Source: Candidatus Latescibacterota bacterium (GTDB lineage: Bacteria > Latescibacterota > UBA2968 > UBA8231). From it: a stretch of DNA of 64,000 bases. The DNA lies in assembly GCA_965248265.1 (NCBI GenBank), contig CBDFJF010000001.1, forward strand, positions 1,312,001-1,376,000, given 5' to 3'. Position 1 is the first letter of the stretch. Each line of letters starts with the position of its first letter. Of the stretch, positions 38,777-48,617 are shown piece by piece. The translations under genes were made by a program, and so were the position numbers. The notes under the pieces were generated by a model. The model was not told the DNA's origin, ran no database searches, and saw only the letters and a program-made list of their open reading frames with translations.

Positions 38777-39874
38777 CTACGGCCCATCCCCACCGATGTT
38801 CAGCTTGGCCAGGTAAATATCCGCTTTGGAATCGCGAGCCGCGCTGGTCTCCCCGTATGTGTGCCCGGAGTAGTATACCAAAAAAACACCATCCTCAGTC
38901 GAGACAAACCCCGCATAACCCAAATCCGCGAACGCCGGCTTGGGTAGGAAGGCGATCTGCTCAAACGTGGCGCTGTGATACACTTCAGCCGGCTCATCAT
39001 ACTTCCAGAGCGACGTCGCTATTTTTCCATAAGCGATCACGGACGGTCCGACGAAACGGCCGGCGGCGTACACGTCCTTACCGATGCGGATCATCGCCGG
39101 CCCGGCGATCCCGCCCCCGTCTATGCCCAAAGTCCAATTGGTCCAATCTGAGTACGGCGGATAGGCGCGAGAGAGGACGTTCTGGCGGGTCAGCGCCCAC
39201 AATTCCCCGTCGGGCCAGAAGACCAGCTCCGTCTCTGTCACATGCCACGGGTAGTACCCCCTGGGCCCCTCCGACTGCTCGACGATGGTGCTGACCTTCT
39301 CCCAGGCCAACCCGTCCTCCGAGCGCAGGAGATCGACACGCGAAAAGCTGGTGTCGCTGGCCACGTAGATCACCCCGTCGTGGACCCTGGGCCGCCAGAA
39401 GTTGTGCTGTGGCTCATGCACGCGCTGCGGTTCGGACCAGCTCTTGCCGTCTTCGGTGTAGACGACCCGGCTCTCCACGTAGCTGCTGTCCCGGCCAAGA
39501 TCCCAGTACAGGTAGTAGAGCATGAGCCGGTCGGGAAGGGCCAGAAGCTTGCAGTCCACCGCTGTACTGGATGTCGTGTAGATCAGATTCCAGTCCTGCA
39601 AATCCGACGAGCGCAAGACGATCCCCGGACCGTCCTCTCCGGGGTGGACCTTGCCCTGATTGACGGCGACGTAGTAGTCGCCCCGCCAGTGGGCGATGTC
39701 GGGAGTCCCGTTCCAGGCGCCGTCCGCATAGACGGTTCGCACCCATTCGACGACGCCCTGCGGGTCGGGCTGCTCGATCGTCGGACCATCTGCAGAGCTG
39801 GTATTGGCTGTGGCCAACGCCGAACCCAGCGCCAGACAAAACGTTGCGATCCAATACGAATTGCGGAACCTCAT
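38777..39874 (-). CDS. Secreted sialidase-like (Asp-box) beta-propeller protein
   Basis: Signal peptide; SSDLQDW, TEDGKSW, SEDGLAW; DLGYAG..LVYYSGH..DIYLA. Confidence 0.72.
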   Translation of the reverse strand: MRFRNSYWIATFCLALGSALATANTSSADGPTIEQPDPQGVVEWVRTVYADGAWNGTPDIAHWRGDYYVAVNQGKVHPGEDGPGIVLRSSDLQDWNLIYTTSSTAVDCKLLALPDRLMLYYLYWDLGRDSSYVESRVVYTEDGKSWSEPQRVHEPQHNFWRPRVHDGVIYVASDTSFSRVDLLRSEDGLAWEKVSTIVEQSEGPRGYYPWHVTETELVFWPDGELWALTRQNVLSRAYPPYSDWTNWTLGIDGGGIAGPAMIRIGKDVYAAGRFVGPSVIAYGKIATSLWKYDEPAEVYHSATFEQIAFLPKPAFADLGYAGFVSTEDGVFLVYYSGHTYGETSAARDSKADIYLAKLNIGGDGP

Positions 39875-39942
39875 TATGTCTCAGCGTCTCTCCTGACAGA
39901 ATCTATTGCGTCGCAGACTCAGACCGCCAGGCTGAGGCGATC

Positions 39943-41703
39943 TCAACCGTCCCACGGAAAGGCAAACGTCGGCTGCCTGGCGTAGCGCTTCATCTCGATC
40001 TCGAGAACGCTGCCGGCTCCCGGGGCCAGTCGCACCCGGAAGGTGGAGCCGTCCAGCTCAACTCGGTCATCCCCAATGGTGGCGCGGACAAATTCGTGCT
40101 CGCCGTAAGCCCCGCCCTGCACGACGAGTGCACGCTCTTCCGACTGGTTGAGGTTGATCAGATGTAACGTCATCGAGTCAGGACCGAGCTTTTCAACCAG
40201 GGCGCAGACGTCTTCGGGCAATCCTGCCCGCTGTCGGGCCGGGTCGAAATAGCGCACGCGGCAGTGCAGCGGGCCGCTGTGCTCCGTCGGCAGGCCGCCG
40301 AGCATCAGGTGAACGAGGTTGGTCACGGTGGCGGGATTGAACTTATTCGGGTTATCGGAAAGCCGCGTGTCCGTCGTCATGGTGTCGTTGAGCACCCAGT
40401 CCATCTTGCGCCGCACCGTTTCGAAGTCCTCCCCCAGAGCCGTTTCGGGAAAACTCGGGTTATTGCCCTCGAGGTATCCGGTCCAACCCGATGTCGTCGA
40501 CAGCCGCGACAGGTCGGCCCTGTCCATGGACCAGTAGTAGATGTCCAACGCCCCGGGCGAGTAGGGCTGCGGCGAAAACTCGTACCAGCCGTCATCGCCG
40601 TACATGCGCGGGTACATCTCCTGGCCATCCACGATTTTCTTGTTCGAATTGACCGAGTCGAGCATGCCGCGCCAGACATCGACGTAGCGCTGATCTCCGG
40701 TCAGCAGCAGGGCGTTGCCGAATCCGGTGATGCTGCGGAAGACGGAGCTGCGGCTGCTCGGTTGGTAGGACGGGGGCACGGTGATGGTGAAGCTCCAACC
40801 GTAGCAGCCCCCGTACCACTTGCCGTCGCAGGCGCCGCCGATGGTCCCGTCCAGTCCGATATTGGACGGCAGGATGCCGTCGTTCTGGCGCGCCCGCTCG
40901 CACCAGGCGTCGACGTACTCCAGCACCCAGTCCCGGTACTTGGCCTCGCCGGTCAGGGCGTAGGCGTTGAAACCGAGCGCAGTCGCGACCAGATTCGAGG
41001 GGTGATCGCCGATGACGTCGGTGTAGTCGGCGAAATGTTCGAGCATCTCCTCCCAGTTCCGCTCGCCGTGGACGGCGACGAAGCGCCCCTCCACCTGGTC
41101 CATAGGATCTCCGGCCCAATCGATGGCCGTTGCCTTGCGCAGCAGCGGTCCACGGCTGCCGTTGAACAGACTACGGATGATCTTGTGCTCCGGATCGTAG
41201 TTGGGCGCGTCCGGGTCTTCGTTCATGTAGAAGCCGGCGAAGCGGCGGACACGATCGTGAAAGCTGCGCTCGTACGGATCGAAGAGGCCGTGGTGGTTGA
41301 ACGTGGTCAGGCCTTCGGCGTTGTGGACCCAGTCGAACATGACCGGGAATTCCTTGTAGTACATGCCGTCCCGGGCGAAGGGAACTTCCGTCGTCTTGGC
41401 CTCCGTGTACTGCCGCACATGGCCCTCCCAGGCCAGCTTGCACATCTCCATGATGGAATCCGAGCCACCCAGGACATACAGGGTCGGCCAGTGCCAGAGA
41501 TTCTCGATAGCGTCGTCGGGGCCGTCATTGCCACCCCAGCGAGGGATGCATTTTAGATAGCCGCGCTCGTCGAAATACTTGGCGAAAAAAGTCTCACAGG
41601 CCCGGGTCTGGGCGCGTATCAGCTCGCGCTCCATCAGCGCCCAGCCAGGCGGCGTGGCAGGGGTATCGATTACGAGATCGGCGTGATTCAGATTCAGCGG
41701 CAT
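39943..41703 (-). CDS. Conserved hypothetical protein, probable (alpha/alpha)6 barrel enzyme
   Basis: GGAG RBS; RWGGNDGPDDAIEN, FDWVHNAEG, AYALTGEAKYRDWVLEYVDAW, RYFDPARQRAGLPEDV. Confidence 0.72.
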   Translation of the reverse strand: MPLNLNHADLVIDTPATPPGWALMERELIRAQTRACETFFAKYFDERGYLKCIPRWGGNDGPDDAIENLWHWPTLYVLGGSDSIMEMCKLAWEGHVRQYTEAKTTEVPFARDGMYYKEFPVMFDWVHNAEGLTTFNHHGLFDPYERSFHDRVRRFAGFYMNEDPDAPNYDPEHKIIRSLFNGSRGPLLRKATAIDWAGDPMDQVEGRFVAVHGERNWEEMLEHFADYTDVIGDHPSNLVATALGFNAYALTGEAKYRDWVLEYVDAWCERARQNDGILPSNIGLDGTIGGACDGKWYGGCYGWSFTITVPPSYQPSSRSSVFRSITGFGNALLLTGDQRYVDVWRGMLDSVNSNKKIVDGQEMYPRMYGDDGWYEFSPQPYSPGALDIYYWSMDRADLSRLSTTSGWTGYLEGNNPSFPETALGEDFETVRRKMDWVLNDTMTTDTRLSDNPNKFNPATVTNLVHLMLGGLPTEHSGPLHCRVRYFDPARQRAGLPEDVCALVEKLGPDSMTLHLINLNQSEERALVVQGGAYGEHEFVRATIGDDRVELDGSTFRVRLAPGAGSVLEIEMKRYARQPTFAFPWDG

Positions 41704-41767
41704 GTGCGACTCCTTGGGGGTGAGATCTCAGGCAGCGGGGAGCCGGTGAGCTCGACCCGAGGTGCAG

Positions 41768-43060
41768 TCAGCGGCGTTCGTAGCGCTCGCGAACTGGATG
41801 GACCTTGGCGCGCTCGAACAGACTCGACCACTCCTTCGAACCGTCATCGGACCATAGTTCAAGCCGGGTCCCCTCGATCTGGGCCGGCCCATTGCGGAAT
41901 TCCATGAAGTAGTAGTACCCCTGATGTGCGCTGGCCATATGGATGCATCCTCCGTCCGGATACACGACGGTATTGATGATGCGGGGCTCGGGATGGTTGT
42001 AGGGCTTGCCCTCTTCTCGAAAGGGCTTGAGGTCTGACTCGGGCACACGGCAAGCCTCAACTGCATCCTCGTCGACTTCAACACCGAGCCCCGGAGCGGT
42101 GGGCACCTGGTGATAGCCGCCCACCACGTCGATGGGTTCTTTTATCAGGGTCTGAGTGTAGAGGTTGATACAATTGATGGCCGGCCAGGTGGCGTGTGTG
42201 AGAACGGCCCCCAGGTGGGCGGCCCAGGTCGTCGTCAGCCCGTTGCCGACCAGTTGTAGCCAGAACGGCATCTTGGCCTCAGCGGCGAGTGTACCCTGCC
42301 GCATGAGGGCGGATTTGCCGGCGCACAGCACGTACCCGTCGCAGACCTCTTCGCGCACGACCGTTATGTAGGGCGGCGACCCGAAATGCATGGCGATGGG
42401 GCGGTTGATGGCCTGCCGTATCTGCCGGTTGCCCAGAACATCATCCCGGGGGATTGGCTCCTCGAACATGGCGACGATGTCGTAGCGTTCCAGTTTCTTG
42501 ATGATGGGGATGGCCGCCGCGGGGGTCTGGAAGGTCCCATTGGGATCCAGGTCCAACTTGAACTGGCGGGGCACGACCTGGTCGATGGCGTTCACCTGCT
42601 CCACGATATCCCACCAGGGTCGCGGCTTGAGTTTGAAGCTGGTATAGCCGTTGGCGACTGCCTCCTGCGCCTCGGCAGCCCATTGCTCCGGGGACGCGTC
42701 GATCGACCACCAGGAGATCGGCACCCAGTCCCTGACCTTGGCGCCCAACAACTCGTAGACGGGCACTTCGAGAATCTTGCCGACCACGTCGAACAGGGCG
42801 ATCTGCAGGCCGCATCCCAGCGAGTCGTCGTGCATCATGCGGGCCGGACTCTTGCCCGTGACCTTTTCTACGGATTCATCGGTTACGCGGCTCCAGGTGT
42901 AGTGGACGACCGTCTCCCCCCAGCCGACGTGCCCGGTGTCGGTCTCAACCCTGCACAGTTCGAGGATGTTCCAGTTGTAAACCTCTCGAGCCGTGATCTC
43001 CTGCTGGCGCGGCGTGAAGGGCACGACCACAGTGATGCGTTGGACATCGACGATTTTCAT
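41768..43060 (-). CDS. Mandelate racemase/muconate lactonizing enzyme (enolase superfamily) protein
   Basis: VETDTGHVGWGE, IALFDVVGK..PVYELLG, FKLK, LDPN, FEEP, PTAPGLGVEVD. Confidence 0.9.
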   Translation of the reverse strand: MKIVDVQRITVVVPFTPRQQEITAREVYNWNILELCRVETDTGHVGWGETVVHYTWSRVTDESVEKVTGKSPARMMHDDSLGCGLQIALFDVVGKILEVPVYELLGAKVRDWVPISWWSIDASPEQWAAEAQEAVANGYTSFKLKPRPWWDIVEQVNAIDQVVPRQFKLDLDPNGTFQTPAAAIPIIKKLERYDIVAMFEEPIPRDDVLGNRQIRQAINRPIAMHFGSPPYITVVREEVCDGYVLCAGKSALMRQGTLAAEAKMPFWLQLVGNGLTTTWAAHLGAVLTHATWPAINCINLYTQTLIKEPIDVVGGYHQVPTAPGLGVEVDEDAVEACRVPESDLKPFREEGKPYNHPEPRIINTVVYPDGGCIHMASAHQGYYYFMEFRNGPAQIEGTRLELWSDDGSKEWSSLFERAKVHPVRERYERR

Positions 43061-43086
43061 CCGTTTTCAGCTCCAGAGGTAGAAGG

Positions 43087-43953
43087 TCACTGTCTCAGCT
43101 GCCATATGCGCCCCGCGTTGTCGCCCAGAATCTTCGCCCGGTCACTCTCGGATAGCCAGTCGAAGGCCTCACGCACGATCCGCAGCTCTCCGTCCAGCGA
43201 CGGCCAGTTGTACTTGGCGCGCACGGGACCCGGGTAGCCCGTTCCCCACAGACAACGATCGGCGCCAAAGGCATCCGTCGCTCTCCTGACGACCTCATGC
43301 ATATCTCGATGTGGGAAGTCCTCGTTGGAACGACCGTGCACGTCAGAGATCTTCATGTAGACATTCGGATGCTGCGCCAAAGCCAGCACCTGATTGTACG
43401 GCGCCCAGTCCTCGGCTGCCCACTCCGGTTGCGGGTACATCATGTGGTCGATCAGCCACGTGATGCCGGGAAAGCGACCGGCGGCGTAGTCCAGCTGGTC
43501 GGCGTGATGGGCGCGACTGTGAATCTGGATTATTCCCCCACGCTCGGAGATCGCTTCGAACATTCGCTCGTTCTCCGGCCTCATCAAGATCTTGCCTTCC
43601 GCCGGATCGTCGACCTCGTAATACAAAGGATGAAAGCGAAAGCCGACCATGCCGCGCTCATCCATCCAGTAGGCAGCCGTGGTAGCGTTATCCGGATCCA
43701 GGGGGTCGACCATGCCGTGTGCCAGGAACCGGTCCGGATATTTTTGAGCGCTGTCCGCGATGTAGCCGTTGTCCCAGGTAGAGGCGGATGTCTGCACGAC
43801 GACGGACCAGTCCACGCCGTTGGCATCCATGTCTTCCACCAGCAGTTCAGCCGGGGCCGGCTCGGTCAACACTCCGGATTGTCTGGGTGCCGTGGGTCCC
43901 ACCGGGGCGATCGGCGGCAACTCCCATATGTGCACGTGTGTGTCTACGATCAT
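43087..43953 (-). CDS. Amidohydrolase_2 family protein (lactonase-like)
   Basis: AGGAGA RBS; IVDTHVH, GFRFHP, IDHM, LWGTGYP, ILGDNA. Confidence 0.9.
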   Translation of the reverse strand: MIVDTHVHIWELPPIAPVGPTAPRQSGVLTEPAPAELLVEDMDANGVDWSVVVQTSASTWDNGYIADSAQKYPDRFLAHGMVDPLDPDNATTAAYWMDERGMVGFRFHPLYYEVDDPAEGKILMRPENERMFEAISERGGIIQIHSRAHHADQLDYAAGRFPGITWLIDHMMYPQPEWAAEDWAPYNQVLALAQHPNVYMKISDVHGRSNEDFPHRDMHEVVRRATDAFGADRCLWGTGYPGPVRAKYNWPSLDGELRIVREAFDWLSESDRAKILGDNAGRIWQLRQ

Positions 43954-44170
43954 TCGATATCTCCTGGCCATTTTACTGATCACACTCGTCACCTACCGCC
44001 GGCGTAGTGCATGTAATCATAGTTTCTTAGGTTAGTCAAGTTAGCCGCGCGGCATGAGTGCGGTCCGATTTGCAGGTGAAGCACAAGGCACCCAACGAAG
44101 AGTCGAAGGCCGCACTGAAGGCTCCAGCATCTGTCTCATACGCCGACTATCGCCCGAGAATACGGTATTA

Positions 44171-44509
44171 ATGAATCCGACTGAACCCCACATCGACATG
44201 AGCACGATTCGTGCTATTGCTCAGCTGATCACCGAGCGCTTCGACCCGGAGCAGGTGACACTCTTCGGCAGCTATGCACGTGGAGACGCAAGCGACAACA
44301 GTGATGTGGACCTGCTTGTAGTACTTCGGGATACCAACCCGCGACGTGGCAATCCGGTCCGTATGGCGATTGCCGAGCGGTTCGTACTGCCGGTTGATGT
44401 GGTCATCCGCACTCCGGAAGCAGTGGAGCAGTACCGCGACGATCCGTTTTCGCTGATCCATCGGGTGCTGAAGGAGGGTGTGGTGCTTTATGAGCGCCGT
44501 GCGGCCTGA
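44171..44509 (+). CDS. Minimal nucleotidyltransferase (MNT, MntA-type antitoxin)
   Basis: LFGSYARGDA..SDVDLLVV; PVDVVIRTP; EGVVLYE. Confidence 0.88.
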   Translation: MNPTEPHIDMSTIRAIAQLITERFDPEQVTLFGSYARGDASDNSDVDLLVVLRDTNPRRGNPVRMAIAERFVLPVDVVIRTPEAVEQYRDDPFSLIHRVLKEGVVLYERRAA

Positions 44510-44645
44510 TCGAGACTGGTTCGATCGAGCAGCGGTTCGGTATCCGATGGAGGGGCGACAGGAGCCCGATGGAGAGGCGGCCGCAGAGGCTATCCTCCTG
44601 GCGGAGCAGGTTGCCACTTTCATACTCGATCGGTCGGCCATCTGA
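44490..44645 (+). pseudogene. HEPN-domain gene with large in-frame internal deletion
   Basis: 51-aa ORF MSAVRPDRDWFDRAAVRYPMEGRQEPDGEAAAEAILLAEQVATFILDRSAI overlaps the MNT stop; keeps HEPN N-terminal W..A and C-terminal RYP..A.EAI..AEQV..FI but lacks the central FHxQQxxEK..HDL part. Confidence 0.7.
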
Positions 44646-44683
44646 ATGCTTGTGGAACTTGGCGATCTCAGGAGTTGCAGGGG

Positions 44684-45484
44684 ATGAGCGAACGATTGAA
44701 AGACAAGGTGGCGATCGTCACCGGTGCAGGCAGCTCGGGACCCGGCTGGGGCAACGGCAAGGCGACGGCGGTATTGTTCGCGCGCGAGGGAGCGAAGGTG
44801 TTCGCCGTCGACGTCAATCCTGCCGCTGCGGAAGAGACTGACCAGATCATCGATCGGGAAGGCGGCGTCTGTACTGTCCACCAGACGGACCTGACGCATG
44901 CGGATCAAGTTGAGACCATGGTCGAGCGCTGTATCGAGACCTACGGCCGCGTCGACGTTCTGCACAACAATGTCGGCATCCTAGAAGTAGGCGGACCGGT
45001 AGAGGCCAGCGAGGAAAGCTGGGACCGCGTCGTGGCGGTCAACCTCAAGAGCATGTTTCTCACCTGCAAATACGTCCTGCCGCACATGGTGACCCAGGGC
45101 GGCGGTGTCATCGTCAATATCTCGTCCATCGTCGGCATCCGTTATCTGGGAGTGCCCTACGTCTCCTACAGCGCCACCAAGGCCGCCATACTCCAGCTCA
45201 CGCAGACGGTCGCCCTCGAGTACGCCGAAAGGAACATCCGCGCTAACTCTATTCTGCCGGGCTTGATGAACACCCCCATGATCGTCGAACCGCTGAAGGA
45301 TGTGTACGGAGATGGCGATGTGGAGAAGATGATCGAGGTCCGAAACAATCAGGTCCCCATGAAGAGGATGGGCGATGCCTGGGACGTGGCGCATGCTGCC
45401 CTGTTTCTGGCCTCGGACGAAGCGCAATACATCACCGGAGCTCAACTCGTCGTAGACGGCGGTTTGACCTGTAAGACGTCGTAG
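44684..45484 (+). CDS. SDR family NAD(P)-dependent oxidoreductase
   Basis: AIVTGAGS..GNG, NNVG, NISS, YSATK, ITGAQLVVDGG. Confidence 0.93.
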   Translation: MSERLKDKVAIVTGAGSSGPGWGNGKATAVLFAREGAKVFAVDVNPAAAEETDQIIDREGGVCTVHQTDLTHADQVETMVERCIETYGRVDVLHNNVGILEVGGPVEASEESWDRVVAVNLKSMFLTCKYVLPHMVTQGGGVIVNISSIVGIRYLGVPYVSYSATKAAILQLTQTVALEYAERNIRANSILPGLMNTPMIVEPLKDVYGDGDVEKMIEVRNNQVPMKRMGDAWDVAHAALFLASDEAQYITGAQLVVDGGLTCKTS

Positions 45485-45519
45485 TTGTTCATCGGAGCAA
45501 TTTCCAGGAGACGGAGAGC

Positions 45520-47196
45520 ATGCAGCGTCATTACGAAGTCGAAATGCGTCTGGACGTCAAAACGCCGATGCGCGACGGGGTGGAGCTTTCCTCCGATCTG
45601 TACCTCCCCGTGGCTGCCGGCGAGTCCTTCCCCACCATCTTGATGCGCACGCCCTATAACAACAACCTCGACCGCTTCATCTCCAAAGCCCGCCGCCTGG
45701 CCAACGACGGCTACGCCTGCGTGCTGCAGGACGTGCGTGGACGCTGGGATTCGCAGGGCGAGTTCTATCCGTTCGTCGACGAACCTGAGGATGGCTTCGA
45801 CACGCAGCAGTGGATCGGCAGCCAGCCGTGGAGCAATGGCAAGATCGGCATGTTCGGGGCCTCCTACCTGGCCTGCGTACAGTGGATGAGTGCCCCGTTG
45901 CGTAGCGAATTCCTGACCTGCATGGCACCCCGTGTGATGTGCAACGATTACTTCAACGGCCTGTTGTACCCCGGTGGCGCCTTTCACCTGGGTGTCGCCA
46001 TCACCTGGGGAATGCGCACCCGCGCCCGCACCGCGCAGACCATCGATTACCAGAACTGGACGGAAGCCTTCCACGCCCTGCCACTTGCCGAGATGGCAAC
46101 GGACGCCGGCGACGACGTCGGATTCTGGAGGGATTGGATCGAGCACTCGACCGACGACGAGTACTGGGACGCCATGAACATCGAGCGCAAATTCCACGAG
46201 ATCGCCGTGCCGGCTCTGGAAATGGGCGGCTGGTTCGACCTCTACGCCCCGCGAACCTTCGATAACTGGAACGGCCTTCGGGAACGCGGCATGACGCCCG
46301 AAGCACGGCAGAGCAGGTTGATCGTCGGTCCCTGGCCGCACCATCTCAGTCTCAGCACCCACACCGGCGACGTCGATTTCGGCGCCAAATCGATGATCGA
46401 CCTGGACGCCCTGGAACAGCGCTGGTTCGACTACTGGTTGAAGGGCATCGACACCGGCATCGTCGACGAACCGCCGTTGCGGCTGTTCATCATGGGTATC
46501 AATGAGTGGCGTGATGAGCACGAGTGGCCATTGGCGCGCACCGACTGGCAGGACTGGCATCTTCATTCGGACGGCAACGCCAACACCGCCATGGGCAACG
46601 GCACCCTGGCTCTGGAATCCCCCGACGACGAACCGCCGGACCAGTACGTCTACAACCCGGAGTTTCCGGTGCAGTCGCTCGGGGGCAACAACTGCTGCTC
46701 ACCCGAAATCGTTCCCTGGGGGCCCCACGATCAACGGCCCGTAGAAATGCGCGGCGACGTGCTCTGTTACACCAGCCAACCACTGAAAGCCGACACCGAA
46801 ATCACGGGGCCGATCCAGATGACCCTCTTCGCTGCCAGTGACGCCCCGGACACCGACTGGACGGCGAAGCTGGTCGATGTCTCGCCCACCGGCTACGCCA
46901 TGAATCTGTGCGACGGCATCCTCCGCGCGCGCTACCGCGAAAGCCTCAGCGAAACGAAGTTGATCGAACCCGGAGCGATCTACGAGTACGCGATCGAAGT
47001 CGGCGTCACCGCCAACGTCTTTCGCCGCGGCCACCGGATCCGTCTCGAGATTTCCTCCTCGAACTTCCCGCGTTTCGATCGCAATCCGAACACCGGCCAT
47101 GCCATCGGCATGGATGCCGAGATGCGGCCGGCGCAACAGACCATCTATCACTCGCGGGAGTATCCGTCGCGGATCCGGCTGCCCGTGATCCCCTGA
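45520..47196 (+). CDS. CocE/NonD family serine hydrolase (peptidase S15-like)
   Basis: MRDGVELSSDLY, QDVRGRWDS, GASYL nucleophile, GGWFD, GPWPH, SSSNFPRFDRN. Confidence 0.93.
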   Translation: MQRHYEVEMRLDVKTPMRDGVELSSDLYLPVAAGESFPTILMRTPYNNNLDRFISKARRLANDGYACVLQDVRGRWDSQGEFYPFVDEPEDGFDTQQWIGSQPWSNGKIGMFGASYLACVQWMSAPLRSEFLTCMAPRVMCNDYFNGLLYPGGAFHLGVAITWGMRTRARTAQTIDYQNWTEAFHALPLAEMATDAGDDVGFWRDWIEHSTDDEYWDAMNIERKFHEIAVPALEMGGWFDLYAPRTFDNWNGLRERGMTPEARQSRLIVGPWPHHLSLSTHTGDVDFGAKSMIDLDALEQRWFDYWLKGIDTGIVDEPPLRLFIMGINEWRDEHEWPLARTDWQDWHLHSDGNANTAMGNGTLALESPDDEPPDQYVYNPEFPVQSLGGNNCCSPEIVPWGPHDQRPVEMRGDVLCYTSQPLKADTEITGPIQMTLFAASDAPDTDWTAKLVDVSPTGYAMNLCDGILRARYRESLSETKLIEPGAIYEYAIEVGVTANVFRRGHRIRLEISSSNFPRFDRNPNTGHAIGMDAEMRPAQQTIYHSREYPSRIRLPVIP

Positions 47197-47220
47197 CGCA
47201 CTTACTGGTGCGGATCGAAC

Positions 47221-47769
47221 CTATTGGTTCGGATCGAAGTTCTCCAGATCAGGTTCGATCACCAGTCCCTGCTGCATGTCGAACTCAACCTCGACCGAGT
47301 GCTCGTGGTAGTCGGCGTCGCCTCGTATGGTCGTGTACAGCTCTGCGCCGTCGACGGACATCGGCATCGTGTGCCACACGCCCAAATGCAGGCACACACC
47401 CACCTTACCCTCACCGTAAAAAGCTCGCATCTCCTCGGGACGGAGCGGCTCTCCAACACCGCCGACGATGTACACGGACGGCTTGCCGTTTTCGGGGAAG
47501 AAGGATTGTCCCGCATCGGTGTGGAAGGCGAAATGGGCTCTCTTCAAGCCTTCTGACAGTGGAGTCCTGTTGTCGTCGGCCTCGTACCACTGTGGATCAT
47601 CCTTCCGATCGTCGGGAGTTATCTCCGAGTAGGAGTGCTTTTCATAGGAACTGTAGTTGCCCTTTACAATGTCCGGCTTGCGCTCCTCCAGGCTGTTGAT
47701 CAGATGCCCGTAAGGCGCGAAGTATTCGGGCTTCAGACGTTCGACTTTTATCTTCACCGACTTGTACAT
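47221..47769 (-). CDS. Ureidoglycolate lyase (AllA)-like cupin (copy 2)
   Basis: VERLKPEYFAPYG, HTDAGQSFFP, RAF, LGVWHTMP. Confidence 0.72.
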   Translation of the reverse strand: MYKSVKIKVERLKPEYFAPYGHLINSLEERKPDIVKGNYSSYEKHSYSEITPDDRKDDPQWYEADDNRTPLSEGLKRAHFAFHTDAGQSFFPENGKPSVYIVGGVGEPLRPEEMRAFYGEGKVGVCLHLGVWHTMPMSVDGAELYTTIRGDADYHEHSVEVEFDMQQGLVIEPDLENFDPNQ

Positions 47770-47802
47770 TTTCGTCTCCCTCCTGTGTGTAACCCTGCGC
47801 GT

Positions 47803-48615
47803 TCAACCTAGCAGTTTGCGGAAGTAGTCGCGAAAGGCAACCGTGTCGGTCACGTTGTTGCCGCCGTACTCCAGCTCGATCCAACCCCGGTAGCCGGTTT
47901 TGTCCATCACCCTGAATACACGCTTCCAGTCGAGGGTGTTGTCTTCCAGACTTCCCGTACCGCTGTGTTCGTTAACTCCACGGGCGTGGAAATGGCTGCT
48001 GTATTGAATCAGTTGCTCTATTTGAGACTCGGAATAACCCCGCGGGTACATGTGCGCATAGTCGAGGGTCAGGGTCAAGCCCGGCACATCCTGTACCAGC
48101 TTTTGTGCCCGCTTTGGTGTGTCTGCGAATGACCCGATGTGAGGCTCAATAGCGAATTTGATCCGATACTCCCGCGCCCTCTCCACCCTCCAGGCCAACT
48201 CGTCGGCCGCCCTGGCCAGCGAGTCACGCCGGCTTTCTTCTTTGAAGTGAGCTCCGGGCAGCGTCGTCAGATGCCTGCACTTGCATTCGGCTGTGTAGTC
48301 CAGCGCTTTGAGAAACGCTTCTCGGGCCTGGCGACGGCGCCGTGGACTGGGATGATTGAGAGCGCGGGATTCGTAGTCCAGGGCCAACTGCAGAAATATG
48401 TCGGCGGCGACCAGTCCGTGGCTGTCCAGTCGCTTTTTAAGCTTGCGCGCTGAGCTCCGCACGTTCTTGAACTCACTCGCGGGCCGCAGATGCGAGCGAT
48501 CCTCGAAGAGCCCAATATCGACGCCCTTGATGCCCAACATCGAGATCAGCTGCAAGGCCTGTTGGTGGGGTAAATCAGGATAAGTAAAATCGGAGCAGGC
48601 CAGCTTGAGCTTCAT
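47803..48615 (-). CDS. Sugar phosphate isomerase/epimerase (xylose isomerase-like TIM barrel)
   Basis: IEPH, TLDYAH, HFHAR, GYRGWIELEY. Confidence 0.87.
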   Translation of the reverse strand: MKLKLACSDFTYPDLPHQQALQLISMLGIKGVDIGLFEDRSHLRPASEFKNVRSSARKLKKRLDSHGLVAADIFLQLALDYESRALNHPSPRRRRQAREAFLKALDYTAECKCRHLTTLPGAHFKEESRRDSLARAADELAWRVERAREYRIKFAIEPHIGSFADTPKRAQKLVQDVPGLTLTLDYAHMYPRGYSESQIEQLIQYSSHFHARGVNEHSGTGSLEDNTLDWKRVFRVMDKTGYRGWIELEYGGNNVTDTVAFRDYFRKLLG

Positions 48616-48617
48616 GA

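Noticed and set aside
44054-44170. MSAVR N-terminal extension of MNT matching the MSAVR start of the HEPN remnant
   Set aside because: Codons differ and similarity stops after five residues; probably coincidence
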